Below are positions 22,466-34,224 of a stretch of 64,000 nucleotides of DNA, piece after piece. Made by a program: the position numbers and the translations under genes. The DNA is taken from the NCBI GenBank assembly GCA_963833425.1, contig CAWHXP010000020.1, positions 32,001 through 96,000 on the forward strand. Direction: 5' to 3'. The stretch comes from an uncultured Methanosarcinaceae archaeon (GTDB lineage: Archaea > Halobacteriota > Methanosarcinia > Methanosarcinales > Methanosarcinaceae). Positions within the stretch are counted from its first letter, which is position 1. Each line of letters begins with the position of its first letter. The notes below the pieces were generated by a model, which saw only the letters and a list, made by a program, of their open reading frames with translations, was not told the DNA's origin and searched no databases.

Positions 22466-23429
22466 TGTGATACCTCGTTATCTATAGTTGATTATGTGCT
22501 ATAACTATTTAGCCGGTGGGGAAAAAATATCAATGACCATCTTTACTAAGATTCATTGAACAAAATTATATAAGCATATTTTCTTCAACTATCGGCTATA
22601 GATCCTTTTTATTTTTCTGTCAATTTATCTCCAGAAATATCTATTGAGTCAAAATAGATATCAATTAGCTGATTTTTGGTATACTGATTAATTTCGTTGT
22701 ACTTTTTATTTTTAGACCCTGAGTATTAATATATCTTTTTTCGAGCTTTAAGGTTATTTGTTCCGCAGCTTTCAATTTAATATAATTAGTTTAATTTTAC
22801 GAATTTCGTTCTTCCTTTAATAATATCTTATTGTTATTTTTTCATTATTTTGCCTCGAGACGATAACTATATATATTAAATTTGACGTTGTATTGCCTAG
22901 TGCGTAAAATAAGTGGAAATAGATCTGAAATGATAAATTCAAGTATGAAATTAGGTGATTATCTGAAGCAAATTTTCGTGTAATGTAGGTATTCATTTTT
23001 ATTATGCTATATAAATATATTACATATAATTCATTGGAGATCAGTTACCATTCGGTGGCTTCTTACCATAACATTTCGATCATGGTTATATAACTGGGAT
23101 CTTCTCTTGCCTGAAAAAATTTGTGCTTATAAATATAATATGCACGAGTTGTACTCTGTTCCTTATTAATTGGTAATTACTACTTATTAAAAATAGATCC
23201 TTGAGTTTTTCCCGCTTGATGAAAATTTTGTCATTTCAGATAATCCTAACTTGTAGGTATTTTTCATAAAAATTTCATCTTAAAATTGAAAATAACTGAA
23301 TTGATATTGGTTTGTGCAAGTTTACGTGACCAAGAGCCTTGAGTATGCTATACGCAATCAAAATTTCGGTGGCTCACACATTTGTAAGCAAATGATTGTG
23401 TCCCCCCTCGCTATGGATATAAAGAAATT

Positions 23430-23865
23430 ATTCAAAATCAGATGTTTTAATGTGCTAAATGCTTTTTTCTTCTGTTTTCCTAATATTCATGACCTTTTTT
23501 AATTAAGTAGGAAGTTGTACCACCCCCAACAATTTCAATTTAGTTCTCATCAATTCGTAGTTCATCATCTTCCAAATGTTTTTTAATATTAGAGCACTCA
23601 CTAAATATTTGTTTTTCTGTGATATTCTTTGATCTTTACCACTCTTAAAAGAGAATATTTTGGTTCACTGCCAACTAAGAGATGTACATTATCACCACCA
23701 TTATAAATATAGATCAAAATCAAAACATACCATACACCAATTTCAAAGCATATATATTCAAATAGCTGATAATGTCATTGTCTAAAAAAAATCACTGTAC
23801 TTTATATAAAAAATGATTTGGTGTCTTATTTTATAGGTACAATAATTTGCATGAGGTAGTTCCAT
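23430..23865 (-). pseudogene. tnpA: Highly degraded IS200 TnpA (Y1 HUH) transposase
   Basis: 'MELPHANYCTYKIRH...GDNVHLLVGSEPKYS...VGGGTTS' resembles Methanosarcina IS200 TnpA (recalled); end-like motif near 23940. Confidence 0.6.
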
Positions 23866-24613
23866 TGCATGGTTCGAATATATCGTAAAATATGAATAAT
23901 AAATCAATAAAGGTTCTTAAAAAAATTTTCATCCAAACAACGAGCTACAGGGTATTATAATTAGGTAAATATTGGATACTATATTTCTATTCTTCTAACT
24001 ATGTTAAGTCTCTCTTTAATTTAACTGGAAAAGGGACCTACCTCTGTTGAGTATATATTCAAAACTTTGAAAATTTAGGTCGCATTCTCCAATTCCTTTT
24101 CCCTAGGAACCACATATTGTGCATTAACAAAAACAGAAATATTAAAAATTACATCTTCAGAAAAATTCAAACTTCTATTTCCAAGTTTGATCAATAATTG
24201 AGGATCTTCACCTTAGAACTCATTCAGTGGTACATAAAAGAATGTAATAACTTCTGCTATTAAATTGTCAATTATTAGAGAAACTTTTGATTTATCATGG
24301 TCAACTGGAGGAGTAATTGATAGTAAAATTTGAAGATACTAATAAAATTCCAAAAAATATAGAACAATTTATTAAATTCTTATTTTTGCTTCTACTCTCT
24401 CTTTGATATGTGTATTTATATTTTGAATTCTTTTTATTCCATATAATTTTTCCTGATGCACAATCTTTGAAGCTCGTTTAATTACCTGGATACTGGCAAA
24501 ACGCTGATCTAATTGGATCATCCTTTGGAGTGTAGAAGATGTGTTAGTAGAAATAGAATCAGATATCAAACTCGATAAGCTTGATATAAAGACTAAAGAC
24601 AAGGAGAAGTAAT

Positions 24614-24847
24614 ATGGTCTGTCCTGTGTGTGCAGTCGGAGGAATTGCGTATGTTGCCAGTAGGATCTTTGGGTTTCCTGATGTAGTTGTTGCTTTTGTG
24701 ACCGGAATGCTGGCGACTTCTATGGCATATTGGGGAAATCACATTATGTCGAAAAAATGGAAGAAAATAAAAGGTCAACTTGTAGCAATCAATATCTTAT
24801 CAGGGATTATATGTTTATATTCACTTAAATTAATTGGATTGTGGTAA
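24614..24847 (+). CDS. Small membrane protein with N-terminal CxxC
   Basis: AAGGAG SD; 'MVCPVC' followed by three hydrophobic segments; intact. Confidence 0.7.
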   Translation: MVCPVCAVGGIAYVASRIFGFPDVVVAFVTGMLATSMAYWGNHIMSKKWKKIKGQLVAINILSGIICLYSLKLIGLW

Positions 24848-26359
24848 ACGTAAAGAACTTCTTTCCACAAAAAAGAATTGGAACTTCGAATTTATTCTAA
24901 AGCAAATTTCAGTCGCAATTATTAAGAGCCTTTATGAGTGGATATCATTGGTAAGAGATTTTAGGCCTCCAATACTCAACTGCATAGGAATTTATCAAAA
25001 TCCTCTCATAAAATATCAACAATATCACGAATTAACTGTAAATTAAAAGTTAAATTTTTACGCATTGTAATAATGTTATTCTTACGATAATGAATTTTCT
25101 TTCCAATAGCCTCCTGAGATTTATGAGTTCACAGGAATTTCTCCAGTGAATCCTAGCATTTTTAGAGTATGTTTAAATGCCAATGAAATAGAAGTATGAT
25201 CCTTAAGTGGAGGAATAACAATTATAAATTAAATCTATTTATCTAGGGTAAACATTCTACTGTCAATCTCTAATCGGAAAAATATTTTCCCAGTTTTGTA
25301 ACAAAATTTCATAACTATTCAGCCGGAGTAAAATAGCATTGTAGCCATCTTATTTAAAATTTGATGCAATTTTGTTCTAACAAATTTTCTTCAATTGATG
25401 ACTGTTGATTTGTTTTTCAGTTTCGCATTAGTTGAAAATTACACAGTTTGACAACTAAAAAAACAGAATTAATAAACGGATTTTGTGTAGATGAATATTT
25501 ACTGGATTTTATTTTTTTGCTTTACCATACATATTTATATCAAACTTTGGGAATTGTATTTTTCCCCTTTGTTTAGAAGGAATTGCAGGTTGCAGCTAGC
25601 TGAATTAATGATTTATTTTGTAATCCTATAATATATTCTCAAAACTTCAAATTTCGCTTCTTAAGCTTTTTCATAATCCATTCTACAAAAACACTATACC
25701 TACGAAATTGGCTGTGTTAACATTATTTGACTTCGTTTGGAAATTTGAAGAAGCTGATTATTTTCATAATGCAGAGTGAACTTTTGGAACACTTATGATC
25801 TTTATTTTATGCCGGCTGCTGCGAGGTCTTGAGCGGATCTGTAAAGGGAGTGTAGGCTTCCCGGTAAAAAAGCCTATAGATTCGGAGTTAAGGTGATCTG
25901 TAGTATTTTTTTCGGCATTTTAAACTCTGAATAATGTATTATATGCGCAAAGTAACACAATTTCAAAAGTTCATCAATACGTTGATGGCTATAAGATCCA
26001 ATCGTAGTAATGTAAATTTTCCAAATTCCTCTATCAAGTTCCCTTCTCCCAGTTTCAATACTTGTATTGAAAAAAGAAAGCCTCAATGTCCAGGCAAGAT
26101 CCGAAAAAGTGAACTTCAACATAAATCCAAAGCAAAAGCAGGAAGAAACCGAGAGGATTAGGCAGGACATTCTTGCAAAACTTACGAGACCTGAAACGAT
26201 ACAGGGAATCCCATACTTAACATCGCAAATGGCAGAGAAGATCGAGAGCATCCCATCCAAGATTATTCTAACATTGCATTTTTTATGGTCAACTGTTCAA
26301 AAAAACCTGTTTTTTTGTTTAAAAATTTAGGCCAGATATCGCAACAAAGAAAATGTCAG

Positions 26360-26476
26360 AAATACCGGATTCGGTTTTGCTTGAGAAAATTAAGGCTGAA
26401 AAAGAGAAGGTGAAGAATGAAGGAATAATTTAAAAAAATCGAAACTTCTACCTTCAATTGATCCTAAAGAAGTAGG
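26360..26476 (+). pseudogene. hsdS: Type I restriction-modification specificity subunit linker relic
   Basis: 'PDSVLLEKIKAEKEKVKNEG...LPSIDPKEV' matches the HsdS 'PASVLLEKIKAEK' motif. Confidence 0.6.
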
Positions 26477-26694
26477 TCAGATATAACACAGCTCATAAAA
26501 ATATTTCTATTAGCAAGAAGACTGCTTCGCGCTCCTAAAACTCCAAACCAGACCGTACAACTTGGCGCAAGAATGGTATGCTTACCAACATTTCCCGCCA
26601 CCATAGTTATATTTGGTCCAATAACGACTCCATCTCCAGTAGTTAACCCTATTTAGTTGCTGTAGGATCTATTTACAATTTAGAAAAATCAAAT

Positions 26695-27112
26695 TGGATA
26701 ATTCCCATAGCTATTATTACTATGACTATGGTGATGACTATGACTCCATAAAATATGATTAATGTCTTCGAAAAGCAGTCCTTGCCCAGCTTTGCACATT
26801 ACTTTTGTAAGGACTGGTATCTAATGAAAACGGATATTTAGACTATATTTCGTCTCTTGTCTTTTTTCGGATATCATTGTACAAAGCTCTAAAAAGCCTT
26901 TTCTGCCATAAGTAGTAAGCATCCAAAATCCAGAAAGCCATAAAAGGAAAAAATGTCAGATTTACGAATCTTGGACTTGAGTTTTGAGCTGCAAGAGCGA
27001 AAAGAGCAGCTACTATTTTGACTGTCCAGCCTTTTAACAAAAAAGAATTATTTGCCATCCTAACAACGCTCTGAATGAACTCTAGATGTTTTACTGGATC
27101 TTCTTCTACCAT
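26695..27112 (-). pseudogene. Three-TM membrane protein, premature stop at 26843 and a later frameshift
   Basis: 'HLEFIQ..RMANNSFLLKGW...FWILDAYYL.Q.RLFRALY', continuing past the stop as 'PFSLDTS...SW...KTLIIFYG'. Confidence 0.65.
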
Positions 27113-27574
27113 AAAAGTCCTTATTTACATTATTTATCTCTAGTAATACCTATCAGTATCTCATAAAACTAATTGAATTGATTAGCTTTCAAGGAAATAT
27201 CAACCTCGATAAACATTACTCATAATTAAAAAATTAGGTTCTTGAAATTATTCGTATTACAGTTTGAATGTACTCCGAAAATCCAATAGACATTTGGATA
27301 TTGGTCTTATAAGAATACATTTAGATGATAACTATAAATATCAATTATTAGAGAATTTTTCGTTTAGTCTATCTCCCTATTGAAGCTTAATTGACCTAAA
27401 GGGAGAAATTATTGGAAAAAGCTGCAATGAGATATCTAGTTTCTAATTCAGGTTTTAGCTCTGGGTCGTGTCCATTAATTTTTAACACATTTTAACTAAT
27501 CTGTAAAAATTTATAATTTTTCTTAATCTTATCGGCAAATAGAAAATTAAACAAAAAACAAGGTAATAGAAAAT

Positions 27575-28420
27575 ATGAATTACATAATCGCCTCAAAAGA
27601 AGCAGATAAGCAAATAATGGATCAGCTTATTCAACTCTTAGAGGAAGCTGGATTTTACGTTTATAGTGATCGCAAGAAACTTAAAGATGGAGATTGTTGG
27701 CGAAATAAGATCTACTCAGCTATTTGTTCTTGTCATGCAGCGGTTGTCCTGGTTACTCAGGAGGCCCTTGATAATGCGAAATATCCATGGGTATTTAAGG
27801 AATGTTCCATGTTTACAATGTTGAAATATGCAAACAGCCAGTTTCCGATCATTCCTATTACAATGACTGGAGTAACAATTGAGGATATCGATAAATCTTC
27901 CTTCAAAGCACTCCAGCTTAACGAGATTATGGCAGGGTCCTACGAAGACCTCAAGACTGTGATGGACATAATTAAAAGCAAGCTAGGTGAACCAGAATGC
28001 TCAGATGGCCCTCTTTATTATCTTCACAACCTTATTGCAAATATTTCTATTTTGAGTGATAAAACAGAAGACGACTATCTGGACTTCCTTTGTGCCATTT
28101 CAGGGGATCTAAGCCTGCTTCCGCCGCGTATTCAGGAGGCATTTACAGACACATCTCTTCTTTTTTTAGGCCACAGGATAGCTGATTGGGATTTCCGTGT
28201 TTTTTCTGGATTCTTGCTGAATACTTAAAAATAAGTAGTCATAAAAAACACTATTCTGTGCAAATCGTGCCAAGGAATTTTTCTGAGGCCCAAAAAAAAA
28301 GCTCATGTATATCTGGATCACTATTTTACGGAGCTTGATATCCACGTATACTGACACGATTGCCGTGAATTTGCCGCAAAATTCGTAACACGATGGGAGG
28401 CTTTCAATAGTGGCACCTAA
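27575..28420 (+). pseudogene. TIR domain fused to a partial SIR2-like domain; frameshifted near 28200
   Basis: TIR 'GFYVYSD..LKDGDCW..I..AI..CHAAVVLVT...WVFKE'; SIR2-like 'TEDDYLDFL...LLPPRIQEAF..SLLFLG.RIADWDFRV', tail 'CREFAA...RW'. Confidence 0.75.
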
Positions 28421-29962
28421 GTTCCAGGCTTACGTGGTCCCTCGACCCTTTGAAGAGAAACACAATATCATTTTTTTTCTGAAGATACCGTGAAGCTCAA
28501 GATCTCCGGTCCTTAGTCATTGCGCATTGTTTGGTTCTCGTCTATGCCCAGTCGGGTGCAGGTAAGACTTCACTTATCAATGCAGGGCTTATTTCTCTCC
28601 TGAAGGAAAAAGGGTTTGAAGTTCTCCCTGTGGCGAGAGTTAAAGGTACACTTTTTGAAAATATAAAAACGGACTCGATATCAAACATATACGTCTTTAA
28701 TACTCTCACAAGCTGGGCTGAAGGTGAGTATGATGTTGAGCGCCTGGCTAAAATGAAATTTGTTGATTTTTTGGGTGCACGAGAGCATACGCTGGATGAA
28801 GATAGTATGCCTTACGCCGTGTAGTCATCTTCGATCAGTTTGAGGAAATATTCACTTCGTATCAAGACCGCTGGAAAGATAGAGAGGGATTTTTTGAGCA
28901 ATTAAGCACTGGTCTGGAAGCAGATCCCCTTGTAAGAATAATTTTTGTCATGCGGGAGGATTTTATAGCTCAGCTAGACCCTTATGCAGAGGTTCTACCA
29001 GAAAGATTGCGGGCGCGTTTTCACTGGAACATCTGCGCAGTGAGGCTGCTCTGCAGGCAATCAAAAGGCCATTGATAGGTAGTACTCGCTCTTTTGTAGA
29101 AGGCCTAGCAGAAAAACTTGTTGACGATTTGCTGAAAAGTCGAGTTAAGACAACGCCAGGCAAGACCGCTGAAATAAAAGGAGAGTTCATAGAGGCTTTG
29201 CAACTTCAGGTGGTATGTCAGGATCTCTGGCGGGAGTTACCGCCGGATGAAAAACAAATCACTTTTCAGCACCTGGAAAAATATGACAATGTAGAAAAGA
29301 TACTTTACAGTTTTTACGACGAAGCTATAAAGGCTGCGGCAGAGAAGGCACACATTGATGAGAAGGGCCTTCGCACATTGTGCGGTGAAGTGTTGATCAC
29401 GGAGATGGGAACACTAGGACGGTGTACCGGGCTCCAGAGTACACGGGTGATATTCTCAATGTACCCATTGACGTGATTAAAAGCATGCACCTTATTAGAG
29501 CAGAGTGGCGGGCAGGTACACGCTGGTATGAACTGACACACGACAGGTTTATAGAACCGATACTAGCTTCTAACAAGGTTTTTAATGATGAATTGGTAGA
29601 GAATAAACCGCTAGAGAAAGAATTGGCAGAAAAAGAAAGAAGTAGAAACCGCATTATTAAAGGTTTTGTGGTCTTTTATATTACTATTTTAAATTTAATT
29701 ATTTTTATTCTAGTAGGATTTATAGCTTATCACTAGTATCAGCACGAGGAACAGACGAACCATAATTATTTGGTGAATAACGTTGTGTTCAGTCATAATG
29801 GAAAAATATGTCGCTATAGCGAGTGCTGACAATGCTGCTAAGTTGTGGATGTTTATCAGTACAGAAGATCTTATTAAAGAAACCAGCAATCATTTAACCC
29901 AGAATCTTACACCAGAGGAATGAAAAAAGTAGATTGGTGATGAGCCTTATCACAAAAAGTTA
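28410..29962 (+). pseudogene. nSTAND1-like NTPase + TM + WD40 protein, multiply frameshifted and internally deleted
   Basis: 'PRPFEE', 'AQSGAGKTSLINAGL', 'IFDQFEEIF', 'MREDF', 'LQLQVVC', 'YELTHD', a TM helix, WD relic 'NVVFSHNGK...ASADNAAKLW', tail 'LTQNLTPEE'. Confidence 0.8.
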
Positions 29963-29963
29963 G

Positions 29964-30114
29964 TGCGAGGGGGGTGAAATTCGAACCTACGAATATTTTG
30001 TAAAAGTATCTTAAGTCTGACTTATCCTTTCGCTTTGAGTTACTTATTATTTTATTTAGTCATGTATATTGGATCTTAAGTCTGCAGCCTTTGACTGTGT
30101 TGGGCAACCCTCAC
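29964..30114 (-). pseudogene. Split, degenerate tRNA-Leu(TAA)
   Basis: 5' half GTGAGGGTTGCCCA..GTCAAAGGC..AGACTTAAGATC; 3' half ..TTCGTAGGTTCGAATTTCACCCCCCTCGCA; 12-bp anticodon-arm duplication around a 53-bp insert. Confidence 0.75.
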
Positions 30115-31250
30115 ATATTAAAGGACATATTTAAGAATGTTAGGAGAGCCAACCTATAACACAAGAACAGGCTTTAAGAGAAGATCAACATTTATTTTAG
30201 TTTATTGAATCCATAGTTTTACCTTATTGCAATTGAGTAAACGGCTGTAGTCACCTTTAATACCGCCTTCCCATATACAGATTTGAACCTGGTTTTGGTT
30301 CAAATCCTTTATGCGCTTTTACCCAGTTTTTACCGTCCAGTTTTTTATCATGTAACATTTTCATAGTGTATGCTATAGCATCAATTCTTCAAAAGTATCT
30401 ACATCGTTATACCCGCCCCCAGTATTCCATATCATGTTATGTACCTCTTTAACCAGGTTGCGTATGATTCTAATAAACTAATAAATGCTTCATACTCAGA
30501 TATATTCAATACTTATAAAGAAATCTATACAGTTCTATAGTAGTTGATCTTGTCTCGGAAGCCAGGTACACTGCTTACATATTTTGTATGATGCCAATAC
30601 CATGTGCCTGCGTCTCCGTCAGTGGTGTCGTAAACATAATCTCCATTTTCATACTTCCATATATTTTGAATTTCCTTAGCAAGCGAAAAATTTCAAATAT
30701 ACTTTTCTGATGTATCCATTTCAACCATTTCAGAATACAATCTCAGCTCAAAGTCGTAAGGCACATCCGAGCTAGCTGAAAAGATTCACCTGCTTCTCAT
30801 GAAAGTCCTGCAAAAAGAAATGCGGATAAACACATTAAAAAATAATTATTCATCAAGATATCGACTGGAAGTATACATAATCTCAACTTTAAGGATTATC
30901 AAAATTTGTGGAATGGGGAAAATCTCCCCACTAAGACGTGACGAGATGACAGGGCCAAACAGATACTCTCTGTCCGGGTTTGTTTCTGAACAATCGATAT
31001 TGGTATCAATACTGTATAGATTTAATTACAAAGCTTAAAAACTCTCGTCGAGAAAAAGTATATTCTTCACCAATGATGAAAAATTGAAGATTCAAAAAAC
31101 TTTCTAAAATAGAATACATACGCAAAAAGATTTATGTACCCAAAATAGTATATATGAGCCTGCATACGAGCTACATTTTTGTGATCAGTTAGGCTACAAT
31201 TGCAAAATAAATGCAGGAGCACTGCCATTATAATTGGAAGGTCACAGCAA

Positions 31251-32168
31251 ATGCATGAAGATTTAGAAACAATAATTAAAAAAGGATTCTACAGTTGGAT
31301 TAGAAATTTAAACATCTGCATTCCATTCGTCCTCAACTTTTTTGTCGATTTGATTCTTTTAATCCTATTTTTAGTATTATTGAGTATTTTGCTTTTTGCC
31401 TCAAATACAGGAAATGTAGTTGACCCTACTGCCCTTTCCCAAAAGGAGATTCTTTCCACATTATGGAAAGGATTTACGAAAAATATTATATTGTCTATAC
31501 TTTTAATTCTTTCATTTTTCCTTTTTGAGATGTTCATACAGTCCTTTTTCACGGCAGGTGCAATAGCGATGGCTAAGAAGGCATCTGAGACTGGAGATAC
31601 TACCCTCTCCGACATGTTCATCGCAGGTTCGAGAAATGCTTTCAGTTTTTTTTTGACAAATTTGTTAATAACCCTTCTGGAGGTGGGAGGAATCATATTT
31701 ATGGTACCTGGAGTCCTCATAGTAGGAGATTTAAGTACGCTGATCGAAAATCCAATCGCTCAGATGCAGGGAATGGGAATAATTGCTGCAAGCTTAACTT
31801 TATTGGGAACATATCTAATAGCCATAAGTATAGTGTTTTCACCTACCTTATATGCCCTTGTAATCGATGAACTTGACACTTTTGAAGCTTTAGGCACAGG
31901 TTTTCACTTCTTTATGGAGAATAAAATGGATGTTTTCTTAATCTGGATAATCTTTACAGTGTTGGCTTTTATCAACGTTCTTGTAAGTGAGTATACTGAT
32001 CCTGGAAATAGTCTGATCTCAGGTTTTATATCCATCCTCCAGATAGTTATTCTACAACCTCTTAAAACTGTAATATGGACACATATTTATGTAAGTAAAA
32101 AAGGACATAAACTTTATGATCCATCTCATTTGCTTTCCTATCCAGCTAAGGGGAAAGAAGATTTATAG
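31251..32168 (+). CDS. Conserved multi-pass membrane protein
   Basis: About six hydrophobic segments; intact; start MHEDL. Confidence 0.75.
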   Translation: MHEDLETIIKKGFYSWIRNLNICIPFVLNFFVDLILLILFLVLLSILLFASNTGNVVDPTALSQKEILSTLWKGFTKNIILSILLILSFFLFEMFIQSFFTAGAIAMAKKASETGDTTLSDMFIAGSRNAFSFFLTNLLITLLEVGGIIFMVPGVLIVGDLSTLIENPIAQMQGMGIIAASLTLLGTYLIAISIVFSPTLYALVIDELDTFEALGTGFHFFMENKMDVFLIWIIFTVLAFINVLVSEYTDPGNSLISGFISILQIVILQPLKTVIWTHIYVSKKGHKLYDPSHLLSYPAKGKEDL

Positions 32169-32300
32169 TACTTGAATATGTGTCTATTAAGCAGTAGATA
32201 AATCACCGAGTTCACAAAATTTGTTATATACTCCTAATAAAAACAACCAGCCAAAAATTTGGAATTATCGAAACGCTCGGTTCTATTTTTATATTCGCTC

Positions 32301-33209
32301 TTAAGCTCGGCCTAACAGTTTGCAGGTCTGGCATATATCTTTAGTACAGGTTTCTCCACATATTCTACATTTTTCTATTTTTGTAAGGGAAAATTCTTTT
32401 GTAAGGGATCCTACAAGTTTGTCAAAACCTCGGAGCAGAGAATATTTGGTTCCCGGATGTCTTATCTCAAAATTATTCAGCATCTCCCTCACTTCTTCTC
32501 GTAGGGCTTCATCTGCATACTTACATTCGCTGAGGTCAACTGGGAGAGAATTTACGAGAGCATAGAGAGCTACTTCTTTTTCAGGAATATTTCTTAGTGG
32601 TTTCGCCCTCAATACTAGGCCTTCTATAGCCGCAGGCGGAGCAAGCCTGATCATACGTTTTACATCTCCCCTTAAGTGGTTGAGTAGGATAGTCTGGGCT
32701 TCATCATCTAGGTTGTGGCCAGTGACTAACTTTGTTGCTCCAATTTCAAGAGCTATCCTATTGAGAATATTTTTTCGAAGGACGCCACAGTAACTACATG
32801 TGCCTTTTGTTCTGTCAGTTAAAGCCAATTCGTCCATAGTTACTCCGTGTGTTTCTTTGAAAGATCTAATGATATGTCGGATCTCAAGTTTTTCTGCGAG
32901 ATTCTTCGCAATTTCGAGGGAATTATGACGGTACCCCCATATTCCTTCGTCGACTGAGATCGCCACAATTTTAATGTCGAGTCTATCTCCTAGAATTTTG
33001 TGCATCACATAAAGGGCAACTGAACTGTCCTTACCTCCACTCAAAGCGACTGCTATTATGTCATTTTTCCGGATGCTATACTCTTTCCTAATTGTCAGCT
33101 TGATCTTTCTCTCAACATCCTCTACAAAGTGTTTCTTGCATAGGTGCATTCCGGAGTATTTCTGAAAAATAATAGATTCATGATTACATTTTTTGCATTT
33201 GATTGTCAT
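32301..33209 (-). CDS. ncsA: tRNA 2-thiolation protein NcsA/TtuA (TIGR00269-like)
   Basis: N- and C-terminal zinc fingers, PP-loop 'SGGKDS', 'CSYCGVLR', 'TGHNLDDE'. Confidence 0.88.
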   Translation of the reverse strand: MTIKCKKCNHESIIFQKYSGMHLCKKHFVEDVERKIKLTIRKEYSIRKNDIIAVALSGGKDSSVALYVMHKILGDRLDIKIVAISVDEGIWGYRHNSLEIAKNLAEKLEIRHIIRSFKETHGVTMDELALTDRTKGTCSYCGVLRKNILNRIALEIGATKLVTGHNLDDEAQTILLNHLRGDVKRMIRLAPPAAIEGLVLRAKPLRNIPEKEVALYALVNSLPVDLSECKYADEALREEVREMLNNFEIRHPGTKYSLLRGFDKLVGSLTKEFSLTKIEKCRICGETCTKDICQTCKLLGRA

Positions 33210-33825
33210 TTAAAATCCTTTTTCTACCGATTTCCTGAAAATTACTTGAAAAAACGAAACTCACAAAATCTGACAATATGAATATTTGTGGGAATAAGTT
33301 GGTTAATAAATACTCAATATTATTAGTTGTATGTATAATTAGAGGATTGCTACAACCCTTTTATTTTCACAAATTTACATGTACCAATAATTAGCATATG
33401 ACAAAATTAAAGGATTTGTCGAAAACCTAAATAGTTTTTGTACCAGCTTTGTTCCAAATTTTGTGCCAGGTTTTTTTCTAGGAAAGGAGCTATTTTTATA
33501 TATCTTTTGTTACTTGTTCAATATTCTAAATCTCATAGTTCCTAAACCATTTTTACAAATCATATTTATCATCAATTAATTATTTAACGCAGCGAAATAA
33601 TGTGCAAGGTCAATGAAGAGTTGATGAAAGATCTAAACGTTTACAAAATTGAGATGAACGAATTATAGGATTGAAAAAAAGTTTAATTTTTAAAAATAGA
33701 TAAACCCAATATAGTCTTAATAGTTTTAGACAAAGAAGGGATTTTAAAACTCGATTTTTTAAAATTATATGTTATTATCTTGATATTTCAATGTGATATT
33801 TCTAAATTACCCAAACTTACCTGTA

Positions 33826-33914
33826 GAGGGTTTCGATAAACCTCTGATTCTCATTAGTTATTTATATCCAGTTTATACGCACATGATTAAATTTAAGGGT
33901 TTATCGGAATCCTC
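33826..33914. mobile_element. 89-bp MITE, copy 1
   Basis: TIR GAGG(G/A)TTTCGATAAACC; flanked by TGTA on both sides. Confidence 0.75.
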
Positions 33915-34224
33915 TGTAATGTAATTTTCAGTACTGCGTTCTCGAGGGTTATGAAAAATTTATTTCGTTTGCCCGACTCAATCATTCACACATGACGAAA
34001 AATACGATATTGTCTCATACCCTTGCTGCCTGCTACATATTACGAGTTAATATTACTATAGTATAATCTTTGTTAAGGTCCTTTATAAATTCTGCAATCT
34101 TTGAAGTGGGTACAGGATCAGGAGCAGCTGCAGGATGCATCTAAAAAAGAGTGGGACCACAACATTTTAAAAAATTCGATGAGTATACTTGATATGCTAT
34201 TTCCAACAACTATTGGCAAGACCC

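Noticed and set aside
24900..25455. Possible IS transposase relic
   Set aside because: Too degenerate to assign a family or ends.
26843..26845. Pyrrolysine read-through of an in-frame TAG
   Set aside because: The gene has a further frameshift, so decay is the simpler explanation.
30230..30800. Degraded minus-strand coding-like sequence
   Set aside because: Looks like a pseudogene but no family could be assigned.
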